DNA of 55,190 nucleotides, counting the filler, from Sphacelaria rigidula (lineage: Eukaryota): assembly GCA_964200075.2 (NCBI GenBank). It is 5 parts of 5 records of this genome, joined end to end, with 100 filler letters (N's around TTAATTAATTAA, not from the genome) between each part and the next. Parts side by side here need not be neighbours in the genome. Positions count along the whole stretch, not along the records: positions 22,126 to 33,082 come from CAXNAA020005622.1; positions 33,183 to 44,137 come from CAXNAA020005623.1; 3 more parts are not named here. One strand, written 5' to 3'. Below the pieces are notes generated by a model. It had not been told where the DNA came from. It saw only the letters and a program-made list of their open reading frames with translations, and made no database searches. The position numbers and the translations under genes were made by a program. Shown here in pieces: positions 23,701-37,374 of the stretch; position 1 is the first letter of the stretch, and each line of letters starts with the position of its first letter.

Positions 23701-26700
23701 ATGGAGCAGAGGGGCGCGTAGGCGTACCCATGCGGTCGAGTATGGGCGCAAAGAAAGCATGGGGGCACTAGAATGACATGAGGTGTCGGGGAAGCCGATG
23801 AATTGAAATGGAAGCACGGAGATGGAGTCGACACTTGTGACCTCGGGAGAGATGCAGAGGACGGAGATAGGTTTTGGAGAATAGTATGCTCCGAATGTGA
23901 TCATTTCAATTGTTCATTCGTTGACAGCTCCAGCGTGTCAGAGTATTCGTGATTGGCGTCATTTTGGTTCTGAATAAGGTCTTGAGCCCATCGGTTTTAA
24001 ATGAGGACGTATTTATGCGCTACTGCCTGGCTACAGCGATCTATTTGATGAAATTTGTCAGACTAGCAGTAAGAGAATGATTGGCGTGCTTTATCGGGCA
24101 TTTTAGGGTTTGTTTAGGTATTTATCTGTGCCGTCATTACGTGTTCTGTGCCGATGGTGCAAATCACCTCTACTTGTTACATTATTTTGCACCAAACATG
24201 GCAGGACAAAAGCACCTGTTGTGGTAAATTAGTCTTAAAGGCATCCATTATCGTTCACCTATCAGCAAATGGGGCAACGAAGGAAAGTTGTAATTTGCTC
24301 ATATAAACCCGCCAATGCCCCAGACTAGATTCATATTTGCATATAATGTTCAGTCAAAAGCCCGACAAATCTGCGCGCATAATGTTGCCAATGACTCAGA
24401 CAAACCATAGTCTTCCCTCACCCTGACAATTGCGTGGTCCAGCACGTGTGGGAAACACCATTCCCGTTTCGAGCTAGGACATCCAAGTATTGCCGCTTTA
24501 CATCCGACCCGGCGTCGGTCACAGTGGAGGAGACGCCAGCCTCCCTTATTCCGTATTCAGCTAGTACTCCCTTGCCCAGAGACGCAGGACGTAGGATATA
24601 ACATCATGTTGTCGTTCAACCCAGATACGAGCCGAAAGAGCTTCACGGCTAGAAGAGCCGTGCACAACTTGAAACCAGTCGTCATTTGGTATACGCGCAA
24701 ATCTCTATCGAGCAAATATCGGGGACTGTGTCGGAAGGGTGGGTTGGCGTACGTCACAATTGGTATACCGATACAAATGCACACGCAGGAAGTGACGAGA
24801 AATCCACGTTGGAGAAAGTCTACTACGCGTACAATGCTCTGTGTGCGTCTGCTGTACGTAAACCCAGGCGTGGTCTGCACCGTACTCGAAAAACGAGTTT
24901 GCATACTCCGCAGAAAACACACAACAGACAGTCGACAGCGGAACAAGGACAGCTGCACCAGTACCGTCCAGCGTGTGCTTTATTTCCCCGACGAGGGCCA
25001 GTAATAACGTCAAATTTAAGTAAGACAAGAGCCATATAAGGTAAACACATGAAACAATACACATCCCTCCTCGAACACGAGAACAACTGCCAATATCTGG
25101 GAACAATAAGGCACCTGAAGCAAATAGGTGACGCGACAGGTTTGTCATGAGGATGCATATTAGCCTGTTGTCATGCCGCTTCAGACATGTTGTCGAGTCT
25201 GGCTATTTGCTTTCTGGTGTTTCGGTAGCCAAGACTGCATGTCTGTTCAGAGTTGGTCGGGTACGAATATGAGCTTGTATATAAGAGAGATGGTAACGGC
25301 TTCGTTTCTCCTGGAACGCTGCCGCACCCCTCGCTCACTACCTACTGCTCCACTACTTCCCAGCAGAAAGAAGTTTAAGCATCGGTGAGACATATTTGGG
25401 TTGGATTGGTTGATTGGATACGGGAGTTAGAAACAAGACAATCAAGGCGTATTGATAACCACCGCGTGAAAACTCGTCTGACAGTTGATTGCTGAGCCTG
25501 TGCGCAGCACCTGCATGCTGTGGCAGCCTGACTGTAATCCAATTGCCTCGTGAGCCTGTGCTCTTGGATTGCAAGCTGTGTCCTTACAACATAGCACGAC
25601 AGCTCTCCACTACATTGGCGTTTGACTAAGGAGCTTCTTCTTTTGCAATTGCGTTTCCTTCTTGATACCGATTTGTATCCCTTCCCGTCGAGCTGCGTGA
25701 CCCCAGCTTTGTGATCACTTTTGCCCCCGTGTGTTTTTCTTCGGTGCGGTAAGTAGTCGAACCTATCGCTTTTCGATAGTCAGTCGCTACTGCAAAGCTT
25801 CTGCCCTGTTTGTCCCCCGGTAAAGAGTATTCGTGCCCGGTTATTTTTCGACTTGCTGTAGCGCTTGACTGCACATCTTGTGCTACGTTGGGCCAACGCG
25901 TACCGCTTGCCAGTCTCGCCTTGCTATCATTTTGTGACATATGCTGCACGGTGTAAACTCCGACTGCACGACGTAAATCCCTTGGTGATTCAGTCCGGCA
26001 CGATCGCGCGCCAAGCCATCCGTTGCTCGCGCATTTAGTCTTGTTGCCCCCTTTCCTTCTGCCAGGAGAAGTCTTCTACTACAGGCTTGTACAGAACACC
26101 AGTGCACAAGGCGCACTGTTTCTCAGAGTCAGCCGCTGTCCCTGACCCGAGCTCCTAGCCAAGTCAGCACTCTGTTGCTCTTATATTTTTAGTATCGATT
26201 ATACGTGACCGTTGTATCTTTCCTTCACGAAATTACTGAACAAGTACAACCCGTGCTCCCATAGAGTGACCACGGACATCTGTACACGAGATTTGGACCT
26301 CTTCACTTTGACTTCGTTGCTTGTGGCTACTTTGTTGGTATTGTCCTCTTCTGTACTTCGCACAGCCGTAGAGTGACGCGGTACATCACCGTGGTAATTG
26401 ATAAGACACAGCACAACGAACTGTGAGTTTTTTCTCATTTGACCCCCTCTCGTACGAACAAAACAGTACTGTTCCGAGACGGTTGCGTTGCAATAATACT
26501 CGTTTGAAACATTCCAAACCTACGTTACGTGCTTACTTGGACCTGACAGCACTCGAAATCAGTGCCCTTTGCCTGTGCACTACATTTTTTCGGCACCCGC
26601 TCTCAGCGTTGCCCCTGTTGTGCACAACGCCACCTTTGTTTCACATACATACGTTGCCTCAACTCAGTTGTGTAACAAGCCTTCGCCCTGCACTACGCAG

Positions 26701-27237
26701 TCCGATTTCGCGGTCTACATCCCAAGCTTTGTAAAAGCTTTTGTGCTGCGTCGCGCTGCACAATTTTGGTGCTCATTTGATTTTTTTTGTTTTCATTGTC
26801 CACCGTCAGTCGTCCGTCAGCTTGTGCCGGGATAATACGGTTATAGTCTGCCCGTGACGCCACACCCGGAACACGTGTAAGTTGTACGACTTTCGCGTAC
26901 CAACGCTGCTACAGACAATCGGGTCTTCGCTTTTCTTCGACGATATACGTCTGTTCTGTGCGCAATCCCGAGCTTCGTTGATAGCTTTTACCGCAACAAG
27001 TTCAAGAAGTTGTAATAACCAGACTCCGGACATGGTTGTTACATACAACAATTCGCTTGAATGAAAATAGTCAAGTAAATCTGGTCCCAAGGTCCCCTCA
27101 GGCGCTATCAGGCTTCATTATCCCGTATTTTCCGGATACAAGCTTCGGCCTTTGCACGTAGCATATATCTTGGTATCACGCTCCTTTGATTAGAGCCACG
27201 GACCAGCACTCTGCCTCTGCCTTACTAAGCACATAAG

Positions 27238-30200
27238 TTGCGTACGATTATCATATCGCACAGAAATAATGCTGGCTCTTGCCCCCATTTGGGAAACCAA
27301 TCGCTTCGTCGGACCCGGAGTCAAACTACTGGCGGTTCGAAATCTTTTAATATGAGTGCCACGTCACCTTCAACTCATCGCCGCACGTATGCGAGCGCTG
27401 TTCCAGCTGCGGGATCTGAAGACCAATCTTCGAGCGATGCTCGTTCTTCAAGGCTTGAAGACAAGACTTTGACGCCGAGACCTGTTCTCTCACGTTCCGA
27501 CTCGGACTCAGAGAACAAGGTAGTGCAACCGGCTGAGTCATTGGTTCCTGACGGACATGTCAGTGAACCCATAACGGTGGATTCCGTTGCACCCCCCTCG
27601 CTGCATCCTGTTCTTCCGAATCCCAATGTGGAATCCGAAGTCAGGATTGTGCCCCCAGCTGAGTCGTTGCCCCTGGACCCACGTGTCCAGCTTGGCCCCG
27701 TAACGGTTGCTTCAACCGTGGCATCCCGTCGCTTGACGGCTGACAACTCTCAAGACGATTCTGTCCCGACGAAGCGTATCGCTTCTGGAGCAAGAGACTT
27801 TGTCACGCGGGCTGCTCCCGTTACGGACCCCCTTCGCACGACTCTCGATAGTGACGTGCGCCCTACTGCGCAGTCCAATGTCGGACCCGCAGTTGCGACC
27901 ATGCATGCTGCGGTGCAAACTCTGCATCGCACCTCATCGGCGTCGTCGCCCTCGCCAGCGCCAGCTCTCATCGAGGCATTTACGGCTCTTTGCCACTCCA
28001 CGCTCCAAGATTAATCGGTGTCTGCTCACGTGCAGTTCAATGATGATTCTGCACCTGAACCTGCCACGCCCAAACCCGTACGTTTGGCCCTCCGTTCGGC
28101 GACATCGCGCTCTCCGTTCGTCACTCATGACACCCTCAACGAACATGAGTTCAGCCCTTCCTCAACCTCACACCAGAGTCTTACTCGCGCTTCTGACCGG
28201 CGCCGCACACCGAGACTTGGTCATGACCACGTCTCCCGTTCTGGCAGTTCTAAGGGCGACTCCCATCAAAGCTTGAATTCATCGCGTGTGTCTACACGCC
28301 CGAAGAACGTCACTCATGGTTACACTTATGACGGTAGTTCACGTCACAGTTCCAATTCATCGCGCGCTCAGAAACGCCCAGTGAGTGCTAACCGTGAACG
28401 TACTCACGAGGATGCCTTGCGGCACAGATCAAGTTGTTCGCGCGTTCACTCGCGCTCGAAAACCACCGACCATGCACCCTCGCGCAGCTCTCCTGCTTTG
28501 CATCTGTCACACCGCCTCCATGTACACAATGATAACACTGTACATGCTGATGATACCCAAAACATATTTTCAAACATGTCACCGACTCTGGACCGTTCCA
28601 TTGAAGGGTCCGGCCGCACCTCGTCGCAAAGACGACGGTTCCGCACTGACCGCGATCCACCGTCCCGCTCCGATGCCGCGATTATTCGTTCTCTTCAACA
28701 ACGCTTGACAGAACTCGAGCAACAACTATCAACCATGGACACTACAGACCCGCTGCCGCTCTTGCCAAACGCACCACGGAGCCCTCTGGCGTTCCCGCAG
28801 CAACCACTGCCGCAACCACTGCCGCAACCCCTGCAGCTACTGCTACCGCTACTGTGGCCTCTGTTCCTTTAACCGCCGCCGCTCCGTCTGCCGTTGACAC
28901 GGACGCCGACAGTGGTTCAACCACTGCACCCGTGCGCTCGCCCCCATCCGTGGAGGTTCTCCCTCCGCTCGGCGACGAGCGCTGCCCGACTGGCCTACTT
29001 TTGAGGCTGTGCGCAAACCGCCCCCGTGCGGAACAGCTCTAACTAATTGTTGACTACGCGTCACAGGCACCAACACTAGCACAACACATCCTTGATCAGC
29101 AACGCGACGCTGACGCCGCCGCTGCCGACCTCCTTCTTGAGGACCACGCAGAGAAGCTCAAGGATCTTCAGCGGCAGGCCTCCCATGCTCAATGCACGAG
29201 CACGGCGGCGCAGCGAGCGCTGCAGGAGGGCCGTACTGCAGCCATGGCGGCCCAGAGACGGGTGCGCGAGCTCGAAGACCATGTCCGGCAAACGGCTCAA
29301 GAAGCGGACTCGTCGGTGGCACGCTTGTCTAACCATCAAGCCTCTCCGCCTTCCACCACCTACTTTCTCAGCGTCCGCCAGCCTTGCCAGCAAACGCCCA
29401 ACAGGTCTACTTACGTCATACCACGCAAGTCCGACATGACGTCGTCTGCTGCGGCCGCTGCTGCCCCCACGACGGCTCCAACACCGCCACTTCATGAAGC
29501 TAGCTCGGCGGCGAATGCCATTTCTGCACAAGACTTGCAACTGGTGTCTCACTAACGAGACTGGCTTTCTCGTCCCGTGGCCACCTATACCGGTCTCTTC
29601 CAACGCTGAAATCACCTTCATTGCTCCCGCGACGCATCGGCCCTAATCTCACAGCGAATGTGTTATGCTGTGGGGGTTAACGTCGGCCAGAACGGCTTCA
29701 TCCCCGAAGAGGGTGTCCCGGTGCTCACCTTGGGCCAACGGGTTCTTCAAACAACCGTTGACAATCACCAGGAACACCAAGCTTACGTTGCCGCGGTCAT
29801 CCAACGTTTTGCGGCGCTTCGCACTGCCTACAACACTCATTCCGGCGGCACCATCGACGGAGACGAAGATGAAGATGGGTGGACTCCCGCAACATCTAAT
29901 TGCCGGGGCCAGAAGAAGAATCACAGGCGCGATGACGACGATAGCGATGGCGGGAATTCACCCCGCCGCCATGGCGGTGGAGGATCCTCTTCGGGCGGTT
30001 CCGGGCCGAACTGCCCGCCTCGCAAGCCGCACTGCAAGAACCCCGGAGGTAACTCTTCCGGTTCATCCCCAACTGACTGGAACCGGTCTTGTACAGACCT
30101 TCCCCCCTCCGGTTCAGCGACCCCCAGGCAAGTGATCCCTAAATTAGCTGATGTTTCGGCCCGTATTTTAGGTTTATTTGATACGGACACAACTGACCGT

Positions 30201-33082
30201 CCTTTTTCTTCTACTGCAGCCCGCGGCTTAGCAACCGCTGCGGCTGACAAAGAACGTTCCGAAGCTAGCAAAAAAGCTGCTTTCGATAGAGCTGAGTCTG
30301 CCCGAGTTGCTGCAATACAGAGACAGTATGTTCAGATGGATGTGAAAAAGCTCTGGTACATCAAAACCATGCCTGCTACGGATAACGAAGATCCGGGCCA
30401 GCCTACTTCTGCCCTTATCACGTCCATCCGCCGTACTGTTTGTAACATCCTTCACTTGGCGGATGTGACTGGCACAAAAGGTTTCGAAGATTCCGACTGG
30501 GTAGAGGGCTGGCAGACTCCCTTGCACAAAGCAGTGCATCGATCGATCAGCCGCCGCTCTTTCGACCTCGCTGCTTCCTTAACGCAGATGCTCGACGGCT
30601 TCCTCGCCGAGATGGACCCGAACCGTGCCAAGGGGAAGACAGGCCCGGTATTACTCTCTGATTTGTAGAGGCGTTTGATTGGTTATTTCGATAAAAGTGA
30701 CCAGGCCAGTGCCATCCAGAGGTTAAGTTCTTTTGTCGTCGCATCTCATGTCCCCTTCGCGGAGTATCTCCGCAAATTTAAGCTTTTGGTTTCGGGCCCG
30801 ATGGGTGTTGCACGCCAGAACGGACCGAGCGATGCAACGTGTCAGACTTACGTTCGCAATAGCTCAACAGTACCCGGTTCTGGTGCCGTCGTTATTTCCG
30901 GGTGTCTTGGGGCACCTCGGCTCAACAGTACCCGGTTCTGGTGCCGTCGTTGTTTCCGGGTGTCTTGGCGCATCGCGAGGTGCCTTGCGCCTCTGTTGAT
31001 TCTATGTGGTCTGCTTTTGCACACCAAGAGGATAATCCAACGTCCACCATACGTGACAAACCTTCTACGTCTGTGCGTTCACAACCTACGGTTGTGTCCT
31101 CCGCTCATGTCCAAGGGGCTCGCGGCAGGAAGTCGAGCTCGTCTCGAGCTTCATGAACCCCCGACTCAGTCGCCGGTTCAGTTATGCATGTTCAGAGTAC
31201 CAGAAATGCATTTAGCGCGAGTTTTGATGGTTGGCCGTTTTCCGAGGAAACTTGGGATGATGTTTATTTGACTTCAACAACGGCATTCATAACCGATGAC
31301 CCCCATTTGTGGAACCCACTTCTTTCGTCTTCCACTAGACGCAATGCCTTCAGCAGTCACGCCAACAGTTGCATCAACTGTAGTGTTCAAGGCCACAGCA
31401 TGCGTGACTGCGACAGTCAATGCATCAATGCCTTTGATCTCATGAACCCTGAATAGCAGGACAATAAACCGCGTGGCGCCGATGGCAAAAACCCATGCGC
31501 GACTACCATCCACCAAATCGAAATTACCGTAACAATTCGAACCAACGTGGCAACAAAAGCTCTAATCGCGGTCGCCGACAGAACAACAATCATGGAAGCC
31601 CTCGCCAGAACGATCAAACTTCTTGCGACAACAAACGTTCCGCTGATAGACACCAGCGGACGGGACCGACACAAAGCTCTAATCCCAACACCGGAACCCT
31701 GGTACCTTCACTACGGATCGCTTAGATCCATGACGTACCAATGCCGGCGTTTTTCGGTCTTCCACGCCGTCGATAGCACGAGCGAAGAGATTCTCAACAC
31801 AGCCCGTGGAGTCCGTGTCTGGACTTGCTCACCCGACTCCCCCGGCATTATCCAGGAGCACAACTGACAGCCGTTCAAATCGACCCCCGTCTCTAACCCT
31901 AACTGGAAAGTTGGTGATTGGGTTTGGATTTACAACAGTTTGTCGACCATCCGCCAAGGCACCAGCAAGGCAGCCAACGAAACAATTTTGAAGACAAAGT
32001 TGTCCCTCAATTGGACACGACCATTCAAGATCCTGACAACCGGACCATCGTCATCATCACCGGATGAAGAACCCGTTGGTGACAAACTGCTCTATCTCGA
32101 CTTGCCTGGCGACTTCCAGAGCAAGGACACCAAGCCCCGCGTCACCGTGCACAGATGCAAACCCTGCACGAACCCGCACGATACAAGTGACATGCCCAAG
32201 TACCTGCCTGCCGGACTCACACAGTATGTTCTCAACAGCTACTCGAGCAAGTCCATGTCCCACCACGTTACAACCGACGACGTGACGGAACAGCCCCTTC
32301 GATTGACCGCGTCCTCCATTTCCGGCCACCAGATAACCTGTGGTCGAGGAGGCAAGATCGCTGTAATGTATAAGACACGCTGGCATGGTCTTCGGAGAGC
32401 GTCTTGGGAACACGAACCCGACCTGCAATTGCACCGCCGTGCAATCCTCCTTTACTGGACGCAATCCCAACATCAGAATCTTGCTAACAACAAGAAATAT
32501 CGCAACATGCGCCGTGGCGCAGCAGCCCGCAAACTTCACCGCAATCAGGGACTACGCTTCGTCGCCGATGGTTACAAACTTGTACCCACCAAGACTTGTA
32601 AGGTGAAGTTCCTCGCGAACCAGCGACTCCTGCCCAAGGGCAACTACTGTGGTTCAAAGGCAGCAACAACCTCTGGTGGTTGGGTCAGACCCACTCTGCT
32701 AACCTGGTTTCGGCCGACACATACATTGTGCTCTTCATCGATGACCCTGGACCCATACAGCTCAAGCTTCGATCAGCACTATACATCACCAGCCCATCTG
32801 CACCACACGGATCCTTGTGTCTCCAGCGCCTCAAGTCCAAAGGACTTCGCCGCGGTCTCCAGCGCAACATCGACCACATCCACGACGTCCAGGCCCCGCT
32901 TTGAACCACGCTTCTTTGTCGCGACTGTTGCCCCACCCGCAATTTTTCCGCAAGCATTGTCTGCCCTTCCTTCTCCACCAGGATCCTCTTCTACGAAACC
33001 ACAACAGCGCGACCTACATCAAACGACGATCAAGAACTACTGAGACGACCACTACCTACGACTACTGGAGCTATAGTATCCC
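27238..33082 (+). mobile_element. Decayed, internally deleted Ty3/Gypsy LTR retrotransposon (chromovirus-type)
   Basis: Long broken gag-like ORF with a perfect CX2CX4HX4C knuckle (CINCSVQGHSMRDC, 31370-31411). Integrase C-terminus with WKVGDWVWIY and a GPY/F-type motif (KLSLNWTRPFKIL), then a chromodomain (ISGHQ...VMYKTRWHG...SWEHEPDL, ~32310-32430). No RT, RNase H or integrase core was seen between them. Many stops and frameshifts; runs off the contig end. Confidence 0.82.
30862..30975 (+). repeat. 58-nt tandem duplication within gag
   Basis: gctcaacagtacccggttctggtgccgtcgtt.tttccgggtgtcttgg starts at both 30862 and 30920. Confidence 0.9.
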
Positions 33083-35501
33083 NNNNNNNNNNNNNNNNNN
33101 NNNNNNNNNNNNNNNNNNNNNNNNNNTTAATTAATTAANNNNNNNNNNNNNNNNNNNNNNNNNNNNNNNNNNNNNNNNNNNNGCTCCGTCCCGGCTTTGT
33201 AGGGATGCGAGGTCAATGGTCTGATGACTATGGCAAGCATGATCATGAGTACACCCTTGTCGCCGGTACGCTTTGTGCGTGTTTGTATGTCGGTCGTCGT
33301 CTATTCCCAGCAGTCTGTCGTGCCCGTTTTTGGTGTGCTTCGATTGATATTGTTTCGGTTGCGTTGTGTCTGACTGCATATTTTCAAATTGCCTCATTAT
33401 TTCCCACTCGGCACTTGACGGAAACAGAGGGTACAGAAACACTGCTGGTGTCGTTGTCATCGCGACCCCCGGAATTAGTTTAATCGGTCGGCAGCTCTCG
33501 TGAGAACACGGTGGAATCGTGGTGTCTCTTGATTCTTGTAGAACACAAGGCGCATTTTGCAAACAGCAGTAAACATATCAGGTGGCTGAAATCAATCCAT
33601 CGAATGGTGTGTTTTTTCGAAGTCAGAGATTTATACTCGTGCTCTTTACATGGATTCGAGGGAACACGGGCAGACCATGATGTCTGCTCATGTTGGAGCT
33701 AGGCTTCTACTCTACTGTTCCTTTTCTTGCTCATTTTTTCGTCGCTTTTTTTGCGTCCGGATGAACATATCAATGTCTTCTGAAAGCTCGTGTGTATATA
33801 TATATGTATATATACATACTATATTTTTCAATATTTTGTTCGCGCATATTTTTGGAGAGAAGCTGAGAACTCTCTCACCATCCATGCACTTTTGTTGGAA
33901 GCGTATAGAGAGGGAGAGATGAATAATGAGAGATCACGGGCACTCGGTGGGGTGCGCCCAGTCTACGGCTGCAATATCTCCAACAGGCAAGCTGTTCGTT
34001 TTCACAGCGACCCGTACTGAAGAAGTTTCCAAAACTCGTTTGTTGTCCGTTTGTTCGAGATCTGCGAAAACCTGCTCTCTCTCTCTCTTCCTGAAGGAGG
34101 AGCAGGTGTATCACGGCAGATGTACCTTAGTGGGATGTTTCCGTCAATAGACGAAGCTACTATTTTACCTCATTTTCATGACGATTTGCACACACAGCTT
34201 GTGAATCTTTTATGCCAATGTCACCAGAAAGCACCGTTCGGTTCAGGATTCAACGACAAACGGTCATTCGTGGCAAACGCGAGCCGACAACGCCCGCAAA
34301 TGCGGGATCAGCGACGGCATGTTTCTCGGGTGAAATGATACGCAAGCGGCCGTCCCTCCCCCCGTACTCTTACGGATTTCCGCCAAACTAAAGACTGATG
34401 CGTGTAGATGAGTGTGGGCTACTTGTAACGGTGAAGCAAACGCGTGTGAACAGCAGGGAGGAGGTGTCTCCATGTGTTGTTCCGGGGCTTCGTGTAAAAG
34501 TATCGTTTTGTCCTTGCCGCGTCTTTCCTGTTCCAGCGGAGATGTTGAGGGGCCGACGAGACGTGCCAGAGGGCGCCGGATTTTTGAACGCATGTGTACT
34601 GTCGACAGAGTTGAGTTTGTTTCGAGAGATGATATCGCGGGTACGACGATTACGGTACCCGTGGATGTTACGGTAGTGTTATTACGGTTTTCTGTGATTT
34701 CAGGTTTTGAAGTGTTGAGTCGGTTCTAATCCACGGTTGAGAGAATACGCTCGCGATCCGCCACTGTACAGGTCGTGACGTAATTTCTTGAACGGCCAAC
34801 CATTGCACTTATGTCAACCATTCAAAGTGGAGGGATTTCGTCGCTCGGCAATTTTGTTGGTTGGAGCGGTCAACGTGGCACGCAGGACCACGCGCACGCA
34901 GGACCATGCACACACGCACACCAGCTAGAATCAGACCACAAAAAACATGTTGCCATTTTTGTCGTGCAAGGGTTATATGAAACGGCAGGGGATGATGAAA
35001 CCCGTTCAACATTTCCTGGCAGTGAATATGGATGTGTTGCTAGATAATTTTCGGTTTTCTTTCTTTTTTTCCAAGAAAAGTACAAGATTGGGCCGCGTGT
35101 TTTCGAATATGCTTAATTCTCTTCTCATCATGCTGGCGCCCATCTCTTGCTGAAACTTGCCTGCACCTCGCAATTTGTTGTTAGTCATGATATTCGAGGA
35201 GCGATCGCCAAGAGTACGGGGATTTTCTTGGGTCCTTTCGCGTCATTTATCTGCATTACATACTATTCTGCTGGTCCGTGACGTGTATTTTCGCAGTTCG
35301 TCGCGAAGTTTTGATTTAACCCCCCGAGATGTGCCGAAAAAGAAGAATTTTCTCACATTTGGAACGGTTCAAGGAAATGGTTGCGACGTGCGTCACAAAA
35401 CTCCGCAGGACTGTTTTTTCGGGACACGGACAATCAAATGGAGAAAGATACGAGCTTTTTGGTTGGAGTTGAGCCTGCGTCATATTTTTGTGCTTCTGAT
35501 C

Positions 35502-35845
35502 GTGTGTGTGTGTGTGTGTGTGTATGTTGTCGTCCCAGCTGTTCTGGACGCCAGTCTGCACCTCTCGGTATATGTGGGCGCATTAACCGGGGTGGTATAC
35601 AGAAGGAAGGAAGGTCAAGAAAAGAGCTTTCCTACTTTTTTGTTTTGCTCAAGTACTCCACCTTCCTTCTGCGATGCTTTCCTTTTCTTTTCATCGCTAC
35701 AAGGGTTCCATGGTCCCTCTCCCTCGTCGACTGTGAAATCGAATCTTCGCGTATCATGGTCGCTCTTCACTGTTGGGCGTGATGCGAGAGCAAAATCCCA
35801 GATCATGTGACTGCACCGAGATTCGAACTCACGTCCCAACCGGTG
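35502..35845 (-). mobile_element. tRNA-derived SINE, family A (diverged, 5' partly lost)
   Basis: Reverse complement has B-box-like GAGTTCGAATCTC and the same body and tail. The (GT)n run on + is the CA tail. Confidence 0.8.
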
Positions 35846-36550
35846 GCCATATTTTTTTCAAGACGCTGCTCAACCGATGCGACGGTTGAAAAGTTGAATT
35901 TGCAGCTGTTACGACACACTCAACACACGACGTGACAACTCAAGCCGGTCCAAAGCAAGCGTCACTGTTGTACGTGAGCCTAACCTCGAGGCCCTCAGCC
36001 TGACCCTAAACATGAACGATCGTGTACGGGGACCTCTAGCGCTTTGGATAGATGAGGGCTGGCTAGAGAGGGTGGGGGAGAGAGCAATGAGTCATGATAG
36101 AGGGCGGACAAAAGCGCGTTCCCCCCAGTAGGCGGAGGAAATACAGTTTCGAAGCCCGTGCGAACAACTGTGCTCACGCGCACAGTGCAAACATGGAAAT
36201 ATGGTGAATGAAGGTGAACGGGGGGGACGAGAGAGCGGCGAAGCACCCGAAGGGAAGAAAGCCATCAACGGCTCCATGTACCGCGCGTGTGGATATGCTG
36301 CCAAACGCCGGTTTACTTTTGATGGGAGGGGGGGGAGCGTTTGTGGCGAGCGAGCCTACTTTCTCGTGTTCCGCACGTGGGGAGAATGAATCCAGACTGA
36401 GGCAGACATGCGTTTCCATGCGATACTCGTACCGTACTATTATACGAGTGCATTCCAATCTTCGTTTTTGCGCATTCATTCTCCGCTCCCCCACACATTT
36501 CATGAGGGCACATCAAGGACGGGAGGAGAAAACTAGAACAGAATACAAAA

Positions 36551-36677
36551 TTCCTGTGTTGGCCCTCCTCCTGTGTGACCTCGGCTGATGCGCTTACATA
36601 TACCGAAAGGTAAAGACTGGTGTCTAGAAAACATGGGATGACGACAAATGCATACACTATCTCTCTCACACACACAT
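36551..36677 (+). mobile_element. 5'-truncated SINE family A fragment
   Basis: cctcctgtgtgacctcggctgatgcgcttacatataccgaaaggtaaagactgg...gggatgacgac followed by a CA-rich tail matches the 3' part of family A. Confidence 0.75.
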
Positions 36678-36984
36678 GCGGTGCTTTCTTGTGTTTGTAT
36701 GTGCGTTTGTGAGTTCGTTCAGTCACGTCTTGTGTTTTCTTTCCCGTCGGGGGGGTGTTCCTTGCACATGTCTGGGTGCGTACTGTGCAGCACGAGGTTG
36801 CCACGTACTACATACCAGCGCAGTAGAGTCGGGGGGGGGGGGGGGGGGTCCCCATTTGTGGTTTGCCTTAGTTGTTCGGCGATGGGGGGGGGGGGGGGTG
36901 ATATGGTGAGGTGAGGTTTGNNNNNNNNNNTCCCTCCCTCCCCCCCCTGTCCGGCCGTCTTGGCGTCGCGCCCTACCCGGGGGT

Positions 36985-37015
<31 letters not shown>

Positions 37016-37274
37016 CGTACCCATTTGTTGCTTGCCTTAGTTGTTCGACCATGGACGGTGGGAGGGGTGATATGGTGATGTAATGTTCGGTGAGAAGTAT
37101 CAACTGCGTCTTATCTCCTCAGTCGCCTTGTGCGGAGCGGGCCTCCGCAGAGGGTGTTTTCGCCCGTATGGTAAGCTAGATGGACTGTTCCGTGTGTTCT
37201 CAACTAGCGTTCGTGTGTGTATGTGTGTGTGTTTTTTCTGTTCGTCGCTTCTCGACTACTCCCTGCATACACAG

Positions 37275-37374
37275 CCCACCACCATACTCTCAGGCACAGG
37301 CGACGGGAATGGCCGCGCCTCCATCGGTGCTCCCTCGAGAACCAAGACCATCTGTCGATCCCTACTTACAACCG
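37275..37374 (+). CDS. Candidate internal exon of an unidentified host gene (other weak candidates at ~34537-34640 and ~41997-42170)
   Basis: Pyrimidine-rich sequence plus CAG acceptor, open reading PPPYSQAQATGMAAPPSVLPREPRPSVDPYLQP, strong GTGAGC donor. No recognisable domain. Confidence 0.3.
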
